From Comamonadaceae bacterium (GTDB lineage Bacteria; Pseudomonadota; Gammaproteobacteria; Burkholderiales; Burkholderiaceae_C), in the NCBI GenBank assembly GCA_947476285.1, contig CANJPU010000009.1, positions 3,630-67,629 of the forward strand: DNA of 64,000 nt, written 5' to 3'. The notes beneath the pieces were generated by a model. The model was not told the origin of the DNA. It saw nothing but the letters and a program-made list of their open reading frames with translations, and ran no database searches. Shown here in pieces: positions 8,830 through 19,176 of this stretch (positions within the stretch are counted from its first letter, which is position 1; the number at the start of each line of letters is the position of its first letter). The translations under genes were made by a program, and so were the position numbers.

Positions 8830-9921
8830 TCAAGTGTCTTTCGAGATCTTGATCGAGGGAAACTTGGACGAAAAATCTTTGGCCTTGGCCGCGATCTTGA
8901 TCGCCACCTGGCGCGCCACCGACTTGTAGATGCCAGCCAGTTCGCCATCAGGGTCGGACACCACGGTGGGCTTGCCGCTGTCGGCCTGCAGACGGATCTT
9001 GATGTCCAGCGGCAGTGCGCCCAGATAGTCCATGCCGTATTCGGCTGCCATGCGTTTGCCGCCGCCTTCTCCAAAGATATGCTCGGCATGGCCGCAGTTG
9101 CTGCACACGTGCACCGCCATGTTCTCCACGATGCCAAGAATGGGCACGCCCACTTTCTCGAACATCTTGATGCCCTTCTTGGCATCGAGCAGGGCAATAT
9201 CTTGTGGCGTAGTGACAATCACCGCGCCGGTCATGGGCACACGCTGGGACAAGGTGAGCTGAATGTCGCCGGTGCCAGGCGGCAAATCGACGATGAGGTA
9301 ATCGAGGTCGCCCCAGTTGGTCTGACGCAGCAGTTGCTCCAGTGCCTGGGTGGCCATGGGGCCGCGCCAGATCATGGCTTCATCGGGTGCCACCAAAAAG
9401 CCGATGGACATGACCTGCACACCATAGTTTTCCAGCGGCTCCATGGTCTGGCCGTCAGTGGATTCGGGCCGACCTTCAATGCCCATCATCATGGGCTGAC
9501 TGGGGCCGTAGATGTCGGCATCGAGCAGCCCCACAGTCGCGCCCTCGGCAGCCAGTGCCAGCGCCAAGTTCACCGCAGTGGTGCTCTTGCCCACGCCGCC
9601 CTTGGCCGAGGCCACGGCAACAATGTTCTTGACCTTGGGCAGCAAGGCCACGCCGCGCTGCGCCGCATGGGCCACGATCTTGCTGGTGACATTGGCCGAC
9701 ACGTTCTGCACGCCGGCCACGCCCCGGGCGGCGGCAATGAGCGCGCTGCGCAGGCTGGGTATCTGGCTTTTCGCCGGATAACCCAGTTCCACATCAAATG
9801 AAACATCCCCGCCGTTGACCTGGAGATTCTTCAGCGCCTTGGTGCTGACGAAGTCTTGGCCGGTGTTGGGGTCGGTCACGGCCGCAAGGGCCTGGAGAAG
9901 CTGGTCTGGGGTAGCTGCCAT
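8830..9921 (-). CDS. apbC: Mrp/ApbC Fe-S cluster carrier ATPase
   Basis: Deviant Walker A KGGVGKST, DADIYGPS, DLPPGTGD, ENM..CSNC; divergent from metG; start MAATPDQ. Confidence 0.95.
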   Translation of the reverse strand: MAATPDQLLQALAAVTDPNTGQDFVSTKALKNLQVNGGDVSFDVELGYPAKSQIPSLRSALIAAARGVAGVQNVSANVTSKIVAHAAQRGVALLPKVKNIVAVASAKGGVGKSTTAVNLALALAAEGATVGLLDADIYGPSQPMMMGIEGRPESTDGQTMEPLENYGVQVMSIGFLVAPDEAMIWRGPMATQALEQLLRQTNWGDLDYLIVDLPPGTGDIQLTLSQRVPMTGAVIVTTPQDIALLDAKKGIKMFEKVGVPILGIVENMAVHVCSNCGHAEHIFGEGGGKRMAAEYGMDYLGALPLDIKIRLQADSGKPTVVSDPDGELAGIYKSVARQVAIKIAAKAKDFSSKFPSIKISKDT

Positions 9922-10480
9922 GGGGTTTGATATTCCTGTTTCGAAAGGCAGTGTAACGACACCTTGAAGACCTTTTGTGGAAGGGTCTTGACACGCCGAA
10001 CATCCGGCTTTGCACGCCCGCACCTTGTGCCGCACCCGACAAGGCCTTGAATTCCTCCGCTGTCTGCTTGCGCAGCTCAAGTCGCTCCTTGTCGGCCGCT
10101 GCCTGCTCGCTCAGCTCCTGTCGCCGGGTTTGCACTGCGAAATACTGCTGGGCATGCGCGATCTCTGGCTTGCGGGGGTCGCCATTTTGCGCAATCAGGT
10201 AACAGGCGAAGCGCGAGAGCTGGTAGTCGTCGACAGGTCGTTGGCTTCCTGAACCCAGATCGACCATTTTGCCGGCGCCGGCAAAATGGTTCTTCGGATC
10301 GTTCCCCGAAGCCGCACACGATGCCCTGGCGCGTTCAATAGCTTGTTCAAAGCGGCGCCACTGGCTGTAACCCAGCAAAGGCTGAAGATCCCGGGCGCTC
10401 CAATATTCAGCGCCGTGCTCGTTGGTGCGCTTGTGCGCTTCGAATGTGCCGCCTTTGGGTAACACCTCACTGGACCTCAT
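9794..10480 (-). pseudogene. dinD: 3'-truncated DNA-damage-inducible protein D
   Basis: EYWSARDLQPLLGYSQWRRF..LSRFACYLIAQNGDPRKPEIAHAQQYFAVQTRRQE; similarity stops near codon 163 (nt 9992), and the 65-aa tail runs out of frame into mrp. Confidence 0.82.
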
Positions 10481-10540
10481 GTCGACGCCTCTCTGTCGGT
10501 TGCTGTGTTGATGTGTCAGTCATTGCCACATGGGCAAGGG

Positions 10541-10556
10541 CTGTTATTTTATACAG
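10541..10556. promoter_or_regulatory. LexA (SOS) box
   Basis: CTGT-TATTTTAT-ACAG, AT-rich spacer, 60 bp upstream of dinD ATG. Confidence 0.8.
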
Positions 10557-10678
10557 TTTCCGCAGCCGCATGGAATCGATCCCGCCACGATGCCGACACC
10601 CAGTTGCAGCGTCGCCCGCATATCGCCGCTGCGCCGTCACCTGCCCTAAAATGCTCGGTTCCCCTGGAAAATCCCCAC

Positions 10679-12751
10679 ATGTCCTCACAGCGCAAGCTTT
10701 TCGTCACCACCGCCTTGCCGTATGCCAACGGCAAGTTCCACATCGGCCACATCATGGAGTACATCCAGGCCGACATCTGGGTGCGGCACCAGCGAATGCA
10801 GGGGCATATGGTGCATTTTGTCGGGGCCGATGACGCGCATGGCGCGCCCATCATGATCGCGGCCGAGAACGCTGGCGTCTCGCCACAGGAGTTCGTGGGC
10901 GCGATTGCCGCCGGCCGCAAGCAGTATCTGGATGGCTTTCACATCCAGTTCGACAACTGGCACTCCACCGACAGCGCGGAGAACACCGAGCTTGCACAAG
11001 GCATCTACCAGCAGCTCAAGACCAATGGCCTCATCGCCACCCGCACGATCGAGCAGTTCTATGACCCGGTCAAGGGCATGTTCCTGCCTGACCGCTACAT
11101 CAAGGGCGAGTGCCCCACCTGCCACGCCAAGGACCAGTATGGCGACGCCTGCGAAGTGTGCAGTAGCGTTTACTCGCCCACCCAACTCATCAACCCCTAT
11201 TCGGCCCTGACCGGCGCCACACCTGAGCTGCGTAGCTCCGACCACTTCTTCTTCAAGCTGTCCGACCCGCAGGTGGTGGAGTTTCTCAAAACCTGGACGC
11301 AAGACAAGAACGCCGACGGCACCGGCCTGCCGCGGTTGCAGCCCGAGATGGCCAAGAAGGCCAGTGAGTGGTTCGAGGCCGGCATGGCCGACTGGGACAT
11401 CAGCCGCGATGCGCCTTACTTCGGCATTGAAATTCCCGACGCACCGGGCAAGTATTTTTATGTGTGGCTGGATGCGCCCATCGGCTATCTGGCCAGCCTG
11501 AAGAACCACTTCGACAAAGGCCAGGCACGCGAACACTGGCATGCGCCCTCGCGCACCAGCGCCAGCTTTGATGATTTTCTGGCGGATCCGGGAGTGGAGC
11601 AGGTTCACTTCATCGGCAAGGACATCGTGTACTTCCACACCTTGTTCTGGCCGGCCATGCTCAAATTTTCCGGCCGCAAGACCCCCAGCCAAGTCAATGT
11701 GCACGGCTTCATCACCGTCAGCGGCGAGAAAATGAGCAAGAGCCGTGGCACTGGCATTGACCCGCTCAAGTATTTGTCGCTGGGCATGAACCCCGAGTGG
11801 CTGCGCTACTACATCGCAGCCAAGCTCAATGGCAAAGTGGAAGACGTCGATTTCAACCCCGATGATTTCGTGGCCCGCGTCAATGCCGATCTGATCGGCA
11901 AGTACGTCAACATCGCCAGCCGGGCGGTGAAGTTCGTTCCCGGCGGCAAGCTGGTGGCTGGCGAATTCGCGCAGCTCAAACCCGTGCAACTGGTGGAGAG
12001 CATCAAGCACCTCCTTGAAACCCGCGAATACGGCAAAGCCTTGCGCGAGATCATGGCTTTTGCCGACGAGGTGAATCTGCGCTTTGACAGCGCAGCGCCC
12101 TGGAAGCTGGCCAAGGAAGGCAAGGGCGCGCAAGCGGCGCAGGTGTGCTCAGAATGTCTTGAGATGTTCAAGGTGCTCACCGCCTGCCTCAAGCCGGTGC
12201 TGCCCGAGCTGGCCAAACAGGCCGAGGCTTTTCTGCAGTGCGCGCCGCTGGACTGGTCCAACGCCGCACTGCCGCTGGGCGAAGGCCATCAGGTGGGTGA
12301 CTACAAGCACTTGATGCAGCGTGTCGACGTCAAGCAGATCGACGCGCTGTTCGAGCTTCCCCCCGAGGCCGCGCCAGCGAAACAAGTGCCCGGCGGCGAA
12401 GAACTTGCGCCCACTATCTCCATCGACGACTTCGCCAAGATCGATCTGCGCATCGCCAGAATCGTCAACTGCGAGTCGGTGGAAGGCTCGACCAAGTTGC
12501 TGCGCCTGACCCTGGATGTGGGCGAAGGCCAGACGCGCAATGTGTTCTCGGGCATTGCTTCGGCCTACAAGCCCGAAGACCTGGTGGGCAAGCTGACCGT
12601 GATGGTGGCCAACCTCGCGCCGCGCAAGATGAAGTTCGGCATCAGCGAAGGCATGGTGCTGGCCGCCGGCCATGCCGATGAAAAAGCCCAGCCGGGCATC
12701 TACATTCTCAACCCCTGGCCAGGCGCGCAGCCAGGTATGCGGGTGAGGTGA
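10679..12751 (+). CDS. metG: Methionyl-tRNA synthetase
   Basis: HIGH, KMSKS, CPTC..CEVC knuckle, C-terminal tRNA-binding domain. Confidence 0.98.
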   Translation: MSSQRKLFVTTALPYANGKFHIGHIMEYIQADIWVRHQRMQGHMVHFVGADDAHGAPIMIAAENAGVSPQEFVGAIAAGRKQYLDGFHIQFDNWHSTDSAENTELAQGIYQQLKTNGLIATRTIEQFYDPVKGMFLPDRYIKGECPTCHAKDQYGDACEVCSSVYSPTQLINPYSALTGATPELRSSDHFFFKLSDPQVVEFLKTWTQDKNADGTGLPRLQPEMAKKASEWFEAGMADWDISRDAPYFGIEIPDAPGKYFYVWLDAPIGYLASLKNHFDKGQAREHWHAPSRTSASFDDFLADPGVEQVHFIGKDIVYFHTLFWPAMLKFSGRKTPSQVNVHGFITVSGEKMSKSRGTGIDPLKYLSLGMNPEWLRYYIAAKLNGKVEDVDFNPDDFVARVNADLIGKYVNIASRAVKFVPGGKLVAGEFAQLKPVQLVESIKHLLETREYGKALREIMAFADEVNLRFDSAAPWKLAKEGKGAQAAQVCSECLEMFKVLTACLKPVLPELAKQAEAFLQCAPLDWSNAALPLGEGHQVGDYKHLMQRVDVKQIDALFELPPEAAPAKQVPGGEELAPTISIDDFAKIDLRIARIVNCESVEGSTKLLRLTLDVGEGQTRNVFSGIASAYKPEDLVGKLTVMVANLAPRKMKFGISEGMVLAAGHADEKAQPGIYILNPWPGAQPGMRVR

Positions 12752-12957
12752 TGATGCGCTGCGCGGCTTTGCTCGCGACAATGCTGCTAGCCGGCGCGCT
12801 CTCTGGCTGCGCAGTGATCGCGGTGGCTGACACGGCAGTGGGCGTGGTCGCCAGCGGCGTCGGCCTGGTGTTCGACGCGGCCGTGGGCACCGTCAGAATT
12901 GCCGGCAAGGCGATAGGCGCCGCCGCGGATGCCGTCATTCCGCAAGCCGGTCAGTAA
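12748..12957 (+). CDS. Small hypothetical lipoprotein
   Basis: Signal peptide with LSGC lipobox; overlaps metG stop. Confidence 0.65.
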   Translation: MMMRCAALLATMLLAGALSGCAVIAVADTAVGVVASGVGLVFDAAVGTVRIAGKAIGAAADAVIPQAGQ

Positions 12958-13131
12958 ACGCAAGCAGAGCGCAGTGCGGCTGGTTTCGGCCAGGGCGTAC
13001 ACTTGTCCCCATGGCACACCCGCCTGTCCTGCCCCTGTCGCGCCGCAAGCGCTTCATCACCCGGCTGCATCACTGCGGCCCTCCGGCCGTTTGAACCGAT
13101 CGCACGTCGTTCAAACTTCCGGAGATTCCAT

Positions 13132-14784
13132 TTGACTTTTTCCTTCGCTTTTCGGCCCCGCCTGCTGGACGCCATGCGCGGCTACACGCGCGAGCGCTTC
13201 ATGCACGACCTGGGCGCCGGCCTGACCGTTGGCATCGTCGCCCTGCCCCTGGCCATGGCCTTCGCCATCGCCTCGGGGCTCAAGCCGGAGGCCGGCCTGT
13301 GGACTGCGATCATCGCTGGCCTGCTGATCGCCCTGCTGGGTGGCTCCAATGTCCAGATCGGCGGGCCGGCCGGCGCCTTCATCGTGATCGTCTACGGCAT
13401 CGTCGAGCGCTACGGCCTGGCCAATCTGATGATCTGCACCGCCTGCGCCGGCGTGCTGCTGTTCGCCATGGGCGTGCTGCGCCTGGGGCGGCTGGTGCGC
13501 TATGTGCCGGTCAGCATCGTCATCGGTTTTACCAACGGCATCGCGGTGCTGATCGCGGCATCGCAACTCAAAGACTGGCTGGGCCTGGAGATCGCCAAGA
13601 TGCCAGCCGACTTTTTCGCTCAATTGAAGATGCTGGGTCAGCATATGAACACCTTCAACCCCTATGCCTTCTCGTTGGGTTTGACTTGCGTGCTGGGTCT
13701 GTACATATGGCCCAAACTATGGAGCGATCGTTCGCCGATTCAGTATGCGCTGGAGCTGCCGGCGGTGCGTCGCGCCGCCACCGTCAGCGCGCGCCTACCC
13801 GGCCCCATCGTGGCGCTGGCCACGCTGACTTGGTTCGCCTGGTATTTTGGCCTGCCGGTGGAGACCATTGGTACGCGCTTTGGCTCCATTCCGCAAGGCC
13901 TGCCGGCGTTGGTTCTGCCGGAATTTTCCTGGGAAACGGTCAAGCTGCTGGTCACCCCCACGATCACCATTGCGCTGCTGGGCGCAATCGAATCGCTGCT
14001 GTGTGCCCGCGTGGCCGACCAGTTGAGCAGCCTGCCCAGGCATGACCCCAACCAGGAACTGATGGCCCAGGGCATCGCCAACTTCGTGGTGCCTTTTTTC
14101 GGCGGAATGCCCGCCACTGGCACCATCGCGCGTACCGTGACCAATGTGCGCTCAGGCGGCACGACGCCGGTGGCCGGCGTCGTGCATGCGCTGATGATTG
14201 CGCTGGTGGTCATGCTGGCCGCGCCACTGGCCCTGTTGGTGCCGCTGTCGGTGCTGGCGGGCATTTTGCTGTTCGTGGCCTGGAACATGGGTGAGTGGCA
14301 TGAGTTCACCCAACTCAAGAAGTACAGCACGCACTACCGCATGCTGATGCTGGGCACATTCTTCCTCACCGTGGTGTTTGACCTCACGGTGGCGGTGCAG
14401 GTGGGGCTGGTGTCAGCCTGCGTGCTGTTCATCACCCGCATGAGCTCGATCTTCAACGTCGAGCGATTGCCTGCGCAGGGGGCGCTGCTGCAGTTTCGCC
14501 TGTACGGTTCGCTCTTCTTCGGCGCCGTGGCCAAGATTGACGAAATCGTGGAGGCGGTGGAGACCGGCCCGAAGGAACCAGTGGTGGTGCTGGACGCGCT
14601 GCAGCTGGTGCACATCGACACCTCCGGCCTGGACTCGCTGCGACAGGTGCACAAGGTGGTGCTGGCACGTGGCGGCACACTGCATCTGGAGAACCTGCAG
14701 CCCGATCCAAAGCAAGTGCTTGACCGCGCCGGTTTCTCGGCCGAACTGGCGGCCAATCAAGCCTCGCCAGAGGTGTCGGGGTAA
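13132..14784 (+). CDS. SulP-family anion transporter with STAS domain
   Basis: DLGAGLTVGIVALPLAMAFA, GGPAG, NQELMAQG, C-terminal STAS; TTG start after GGAG. Confidence 0.92.
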   Translation: MTFSFAFRPRLLDAMRGYTRERFMHDLGAGLTVGIVALPLAMAFAIASGLKPEAGLWTAIIAGLLIALLGGSNVQIGGPAGAFIVIVYGIVERYGLANLMICTACAGVLLFAMGVLRLGRLVRYVPVSIVIGFTNGIAVLIAASQLKDWLGLEIAKMPADFFAQLKMLGQHMNTFNPYAFSLGLTCVLGLYIWPKLWSDRSPIQYALELPAVRRAATVSARLPGPIVALATLTWFAWYFGLPVETIGTRFGSIPQGLPALVLPEFSWETVKLLVTPTITIALLGAIESLLCARVADQLSSLPRHDPNQELMAQGIANFVVPFFGGMPATGTIARTVTNVRSGGTTPVAGVVHALMIALVVMLAAPLALLVPLSVLAGILLFVAWNMGEWHEFTQLKKYSTHYRMLMLGTFFLTVVFDLTVAVQVGLVSACVLFITRMSSIFNVERLPAQGALLQFRLYGSLFFGAVAKIDEIVEAVETGPKEPVVVLDALQLVHIDTSGLDSLRQVHKVVLARGGTLHLENLQPDPKQVLDRAGFSAELAANQASPEVSG

Positions 14785-14988
14785 ACCGGCGCAAGCTCGG
14801 CACTTGAAGCTCCAGGGGAGTTCAGGGGGCTGAATTTCAATAAGATAAATGATATTATCCAAAGTAAATTTGAGCCAAGTCATCTCAGATCCATCCATTG
14901 GTTGATGACTCGTATCAGTAAAAAACTGTTTTAAATCAAAGAGCTAAATTGTTTTTCAGAACAAGATAACTCGAGTTACCCAGAAACC

Positions 14989-16512
14989 ATGGCTGATTGG
15001 TCGTTCTACGGTCGCGACACGGACCTGCAAGAGTTGCGCGCGTTGCTTGGCGCCGGCCGCTGGTTTTTCTGCCGCATCCAGGGACGTCGCCGAATCGGCA
15101 AGACGGCCCTGCTCAATCAATTGGCGAAGTCGGACGAGCAACTGCGGCAGCGTTTGATCTACATGCAGGTTCCCGATTCAGACGAGCTGGACGTGATCTC
15201 CACCTTCAGGGTGAGCCTGGAGGAATCCGATGTGCCGATGGTTCGGGAGCTTGCACCGACGGTGTTGGACTTCCTCTCCATGGCAGCGGCCATAGGTGCG
15301 ATGTGCCGTGCCGGGATGGTGGTCGTGCTCGACGAGTTTCAGTACTTCACGCGAGCGGGCCTGTGGCCCTTCAACTCGTTCCTGCAGGCCCAGGTCGACG
15401 AGCTACGCAATACACAGCAAGGGGGGCTCTTCGTCCTGGGCTCCATTCAGTCCGAGATGGAAGCCTTGCTCAACGACAAGGCCGCGCCACTGTATGGACG
15501 GCTCACGGCGCAGCGCCATCTCGATCACTGGGATTTTCAAGACCTCCAGGAGGTGTTCGCGGCGCACGCGATTGGGGATCCCTATCAGTGGCTCACCCTT
15601 TGGTGCTTCTTCGAAGGCGTCCCCAAGTTTTATCGGGACGCTTATGAGCAGGGGCTCTTCGACGTGGCACCAGACCGGTTCCAGGCTGAAGTGCTCAGCC
15701 GCATGTTCCTCATGAGCTCCAGTCCGCTGACCGAAGAAGCCGACACCTGGTTCTTGCGTGAAATTCGCGGACGCGGCGTTTCCATTCTGAACTTCCTGGC
15801 GCGCCATCCAGGCTGCACCAACGGCGAACTCAAAGCTGCCGTCGCCGACCACAGCGAGTCGGCACTGGGAGCTTATTTGAGCAGCCTGGCGAACAACTTT
15901 CGGATGATCGACAAGCAATGGCCTGTCTTTTCCGGCACGCAGAGCCGCAACGCGCGTTACTACATCACCGACAACTTCCTGCAAGCCTGGCTCGCGGTGG
16001 CCAAGCCGGCGCGAGACGCCGCCAGGCTGCGACCACTGGAGCGTGCGATTGAAATCGCCCTGCCGCGCCTGTTGACACTGGAAGGTCACGCATTCGAGAG
16101 GTTGATCAAGAACCTGCACATCGAATGCTCCAAGAAGGGACTCGGCGACTTCGAACTGACCGACATCAACATGGGCTATTGGAACCGTCCAAAGGATGCA
16201 GCGCGCGCCATAGAAATCGACCTCGTGGCACTCAACCGCGAAACCAGGACGGTCAGATTCGGCTCGTGCAAGCGATCGCCGGCCGTGCACACCAGCGCGT
16301 CCCTGAGCGAGTTCGACAGACACATCGAGGCCTTCCTATCCACCAAAGAGGGCAGGCAGTTGCTCGGGTGGACCATCCAGAAAGTCTGCTTTTCACCTGT
16401 GTTCAGTGCTGCGCAGCGGGAGGCGCTCAGGTCCAAGGGCTACGATAGCCGCGACCTGCGCGATTACGCCAAGTTGTTCGCAATGAAGAATGCACCGCGC
16501 GACGAGAAGTAA
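14989..16512 (+). CDS. Archaeal-type AAA ATPase + wHTH + DUF234-like restriction-endonuclease-fold domain
   Basis: Walker A GRRRIGKT, Walker B VVVLDEFQY, PLYGRLT, EGVPKFY, C-terminal EIDLVA..FGSCK; AT-rich upstream DNA. Confidence 0.82.
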   Translation: MADWSFYGRDTDLQELRALLGAGRWFFCRIQGRRRIGKTALLNQLAKSDEQLRQRLIYMQVPDSDELDVISTFRVSLEESDVPMVRELAPTVLDFLSMAAAIGAMCRAGMVVVLDEFQYFTRAGLWPFNSFLQAQVDELRNTQQGGLFVLGSIQSEMEALLNDKAAPLYGRLTAQRHLDHWDFQDLQEVFAAHAIGDPYQWLTLWCFFEGVPKFYRDAYEQGLFDVAPDRFQAEVLSRMFLMSSSPLTEEADTWFLREIRGRGVSILNFLARHPGCTNGELKAAVADHSESALGAYLSSLANNFRMIDKQWPVFSGTQSRNARYYITDNFLQAWLAVAKPARDAARLRPLERAIEIALPRLLTLEGHAFERLIKNLHIECSKKGLGDFELTDINMGYWNRPKDAARAIEIDLVALNRETRTVRFGSCKRSPAVHTSASLSEFDRHIEAFLSTKEGRQLLGWTIQKVCFSPVFSAAQREALRSKGYDSRDLRDYAKLFAMKNAPRDEK

Positions 16513-16534
16513 AATCCCCCAAAAGGCACACACC

Positions 16535-16753
16535 ATGTCCATCCTGCTTCGCATCTTCCGCCGCCCGGATTACAACTCCGACATCTCGCAGTTCATTGGG
16601 CAACTCAAGGCCGACAAGCCCGATCTGGAAGCCAAGCAGCTTGCCGGGCGCGCCCTGCTGTGGGACAAGCAGATCAACCGCGAAGCCCAGGCCGACTGGC
16701 TTGACGCGCGAGTACCTCAAAAGCCCTACGTCTACCAGACCGAAGGCAAATGA
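16535..16753 (+). CDS. DUF3460 family protein
   Basis: YNSDISQFIGQLK..GRALLWDK..VPQKPYVYQ; ATGA overlap with scpA. Confidence 0.8.
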   Translation: MSILLRIFRRPDYNSDISQFIGQLKADKPDLEAKQLAGRALLWDKQINREAQADWLDARVPQKPYVYQTEGK

Positions 16754-17604
16754 ATTCCTCCGGGCAGGCGACTCTGCCGCAGCCACCGGAACCAGCATTG
16801 GCCGGCATGCCACAAGTGGTGGATCAGGTGGCGCTGGCCCGGCTTTATGGCGAACCCCTGTTCGCCATGCCCACCGACCTGTACATCCCGCCCGATGCGC
16901 TGGAGGTGTTCCTCGAAGCCTTCGAAGGCCCGCTGGACCTGCTGCTCTACCTGATCCGCAAGCAGAACTTCAATATCCTTGACATCCCCATGGCTGGCGT
17001 CACGCGCCAGTACCTGGTGTATGTAGAAGAGATTCGCAGCCGCAACCTGGAGCTGGCGGCCGAGTATCTGCTCATGGCAGCGATGCTGATCGAGATCAAG
17101 TCGCGCATGCTGCTGCCACCCAAGAAGACGGCCGAGGGTCAGGAGCCAGAAGACCCGCGCGCCGAGCTGGTTCGCCGCCTCCTCGAATACGAGCAGATGA
17201 AGGCTGCGGCTTTCCGCCTGAATGAAGTTCCGCAAATGGGGCGCGACGTGTTGCGCGCCCAGGTGTTCATTGAACAATCGCTGCAGCCACGTTTTCCTGA
17301 TGTGAACGTGGTGGACCTGCAGGAAGCATGGCGCGACATCGTCAAGCGGGCCAAGCTGGTGCAGCACCACAAGATCACCCGCGAAGCGCTTTCGGTGCGC
17401 GAGCACATGAGCATCGTGCTGCGCCGCCTCCAGGGCCGCAAGTTTGTCGAATTTGAAGACTTGTTCGACCCTTCGCGCGGCGTGTCGGTTCTGATTGTCA
17501 CATTCATCGCGATGCTGGAGCTGGCCAAGGAGTCACTGATCGACGTGACCCAGGCTGAAGCCTTCGCTCCCATTTACGTGCGCCTAGCCTATCAAACGGC
17601 ATGA
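16750..17604 (+). CDS. scpA: Segregation/condensation protein A (kleisin)
   Basis: [42 protein letters not shown]. Confidence 0.95.
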   Translation: MNSSGQATLPQPPEPALAGMPQVVDQVALARLYGEPLFAMPTDLYIPPDALEVFLEAFEGPLDLLLYLIRKQNFNILDIPMAGVTRQYLVYVEEIRSRNLELAAEYLLMAAMLIEIKSRMLLPPKKTAEGQEPEDPRAELVRRLLEYEQMKAAAFRLNEVPQMGRDVLRAQVFIEQSLQPRFPDVNVVDLQEAWRDIVKRAKLVQHHKITREALSVREHMSIVLRRLQGRKFVEFEDLFDPSRGVSVLIVTFIAMLELAKESLIDVTQAEAFAPIYVRLAYQTA

Positions 17605-19175
17605 TGGACTTTGATGTACTCATCGTAGGCAGCGGCTTGGCCGGTCTGTCGGCCGCCCTGCATCTGGCGCCCACGCACAAGGTGGCGGTGTTCACCAAGC
17701 GCTACATGACCGATGGCTCCAGCGGTTGGGCCCAGGGCGGCATTGCTGCGGTGCTGGGCGAGGGCGATACTTTTGCCTCGCATGTGGACGACACACTGGT
17801 GGCCGGTGCGGGCCTGTCCGATCGGGCGGCAACCGAGTTCGTGGTGGAGCATGCGCCCGAGAGCATCGAATGGCTGCGCAATATGGGCGTACCCTTCTCT
17901 CAAGAGGACGGCCACCTGCACCTGACGCGTGAGGGCGGGCACAGTGCCCGGCGCATCGTGCACGTGACCGACGCCACCGGCGCGGCCGTGCAGCGAACCA
18001 TGATCGAGCAGGTGCGCCGCACGCCCAACATCACCCTGTTCGAGCAGCACACGCTGGTCGACCTGATCACCAGCCGCAGGCTGGGCCAGGCCGGCCCGGC
18101 GCGCACCTGTCTAGGACTCTACGCGCTGGACGGCAACACCGATGAAGTGCTGACTTTCCGTGCGCCGCACACCATACTGGCCACCGGCGGAGCTGGCAAG
18201 GTCTACCTGTACACCACCAATCCCGACACCGCAACCGGTGATGGCATTGCGGCGGCCTGGCGAGCCGGTTGCCGCGTGACCAACATGGAGTTCATTCAGT
18301 TCCACCCAACCTGCCTGTACCACCCGAACGTCAAGTCATTCCTGATCAGCGAAGCGGTGCGTGGCGAGGGCGGGCGACTGCTGCTGCCCGATGGCACCCG
18401 CTTCATGCCTGGGCATGATCCGCGCGCAGAGCTGGCGCCGCGCGATGTGGTGGCCCGCGCGATCGATTTCGAAATGAAAAAGCACGGCCTGGACTGCGTG
18501 CACCTGGACATCTCACACCAGCCACCCGAGTTCGTGCGTGAGCATTTCCCCAACATCTACGCGCGCTGCCTTGAGCTGGGCATAGACATCACCCGCGAAC
18601 CGATTCCAGTCGTGCCCGCTGCCCATTACACCTGTGGCGGCATCCACACGGATTTATCTGGCCGCACCGATCTGACCGGCCTGCACGCGATTGGCGAGAC
18701 CGCCTACACCGGCTTGCACGGCGCCAACCGGCTGGCCAGCAATTCGCTGGTGGAGTGCATGGTGTTTGCCCGCGCGGCAGCGGCCGACATCCGCTCCGAG
18801 CCACTGCCGGCGCCGCCCGCGCTGCCGGCCTGGGACGAGAGCCGCGTGACAGATGCCGACGAAGCCGTGGTGATCTCGCACAACTGGGACGAGCTGCGCC
18901 GCTTCATGTGGGACTATGTGGGCATTGTGCGAACCAACAAACGCCTGGAACGCGCGGCGCATCGCATCCGCCTGCTGCAGGAAGAAATCCACGAGTTCTA
19001 CGCCAATTTCCATGTGAGCCGCGACTTGCTGGAATTGCGCAACTTAGTCACCGTGGCAGATCTGATCGTCAGATCCGCACAGGCCCGGCATGAAAGCCGA
19101 GGCTTGCATTTCAGCCGCGACTATCCGCAGATGGCGCAAGTAGCAATCCCCACCATCCTCACACCACCGCGCTGA
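17601..19175 (+). CDS. nadB: L-aspartate oxidase
   Basis: [52 protein letters not shown]. Confidence 0.97.
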   Translation: MMDFDVLIVGSGLAGLSAALHLAPTHKVAVFTKRYMTDGSSGWAQGGIAAVLGEGDTFASHVDDTLVAGAGLSDRAATEFVVEHAPESIEWLRNMGVPFSQEDGHLHLTREGGHSARRIVHVTDATGAAVQRTMIEQVRRTPNITLFEQHTLVDLITSRRLGQAGPARTCLGLYALDGNTDEVLTFRAPHTILATGGAGKVYLYTTNPDTATGDGIAAAWRAGCRVTNMEFIQFHPTCLYHPNVKSFLISEAVRGEGGRLLLPDGTRFMPGHDPRAELAPRDVVARAIDFEMKKHGLDCVHLDISHQPPEFVREHFPNIYARCLELGIDITREPIPVVPAAHYTCGGIHTDLSGRTDLTGLHAIGETAYTGLHGANRLASNSLVECMVFARAAAADIRSEPLPAPPALPAWDESRVTDADEAVVISHNWDELRRFMWDYVGIVRTNKRLERAAHRIRLLQEEIHEFYANFHVSRDLLELRNLVTVADLIVRSAQARHESRGLHFSRDYPQMAQVAIPTILTPPR

Positions 19176-19176
19176 A

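Noticed and set aside
9960-9995. IS end at the dinD breakpoint
   Set aside because: TGTCAAG is suggestive, but there is no partner IR, target duplication or transposase
8830-10080. 416-aa Mrp with N-terminal extension as in the ORF track
   Set aside because: The extension is the alternative frame of the dinD fragment; Mrp similarity starts at ATG 9921
14844-14859. Fur box (GATAAATGATATTATC)
   Set aside because: Only about 11/19 match to consensus within generally AT-rich DNA
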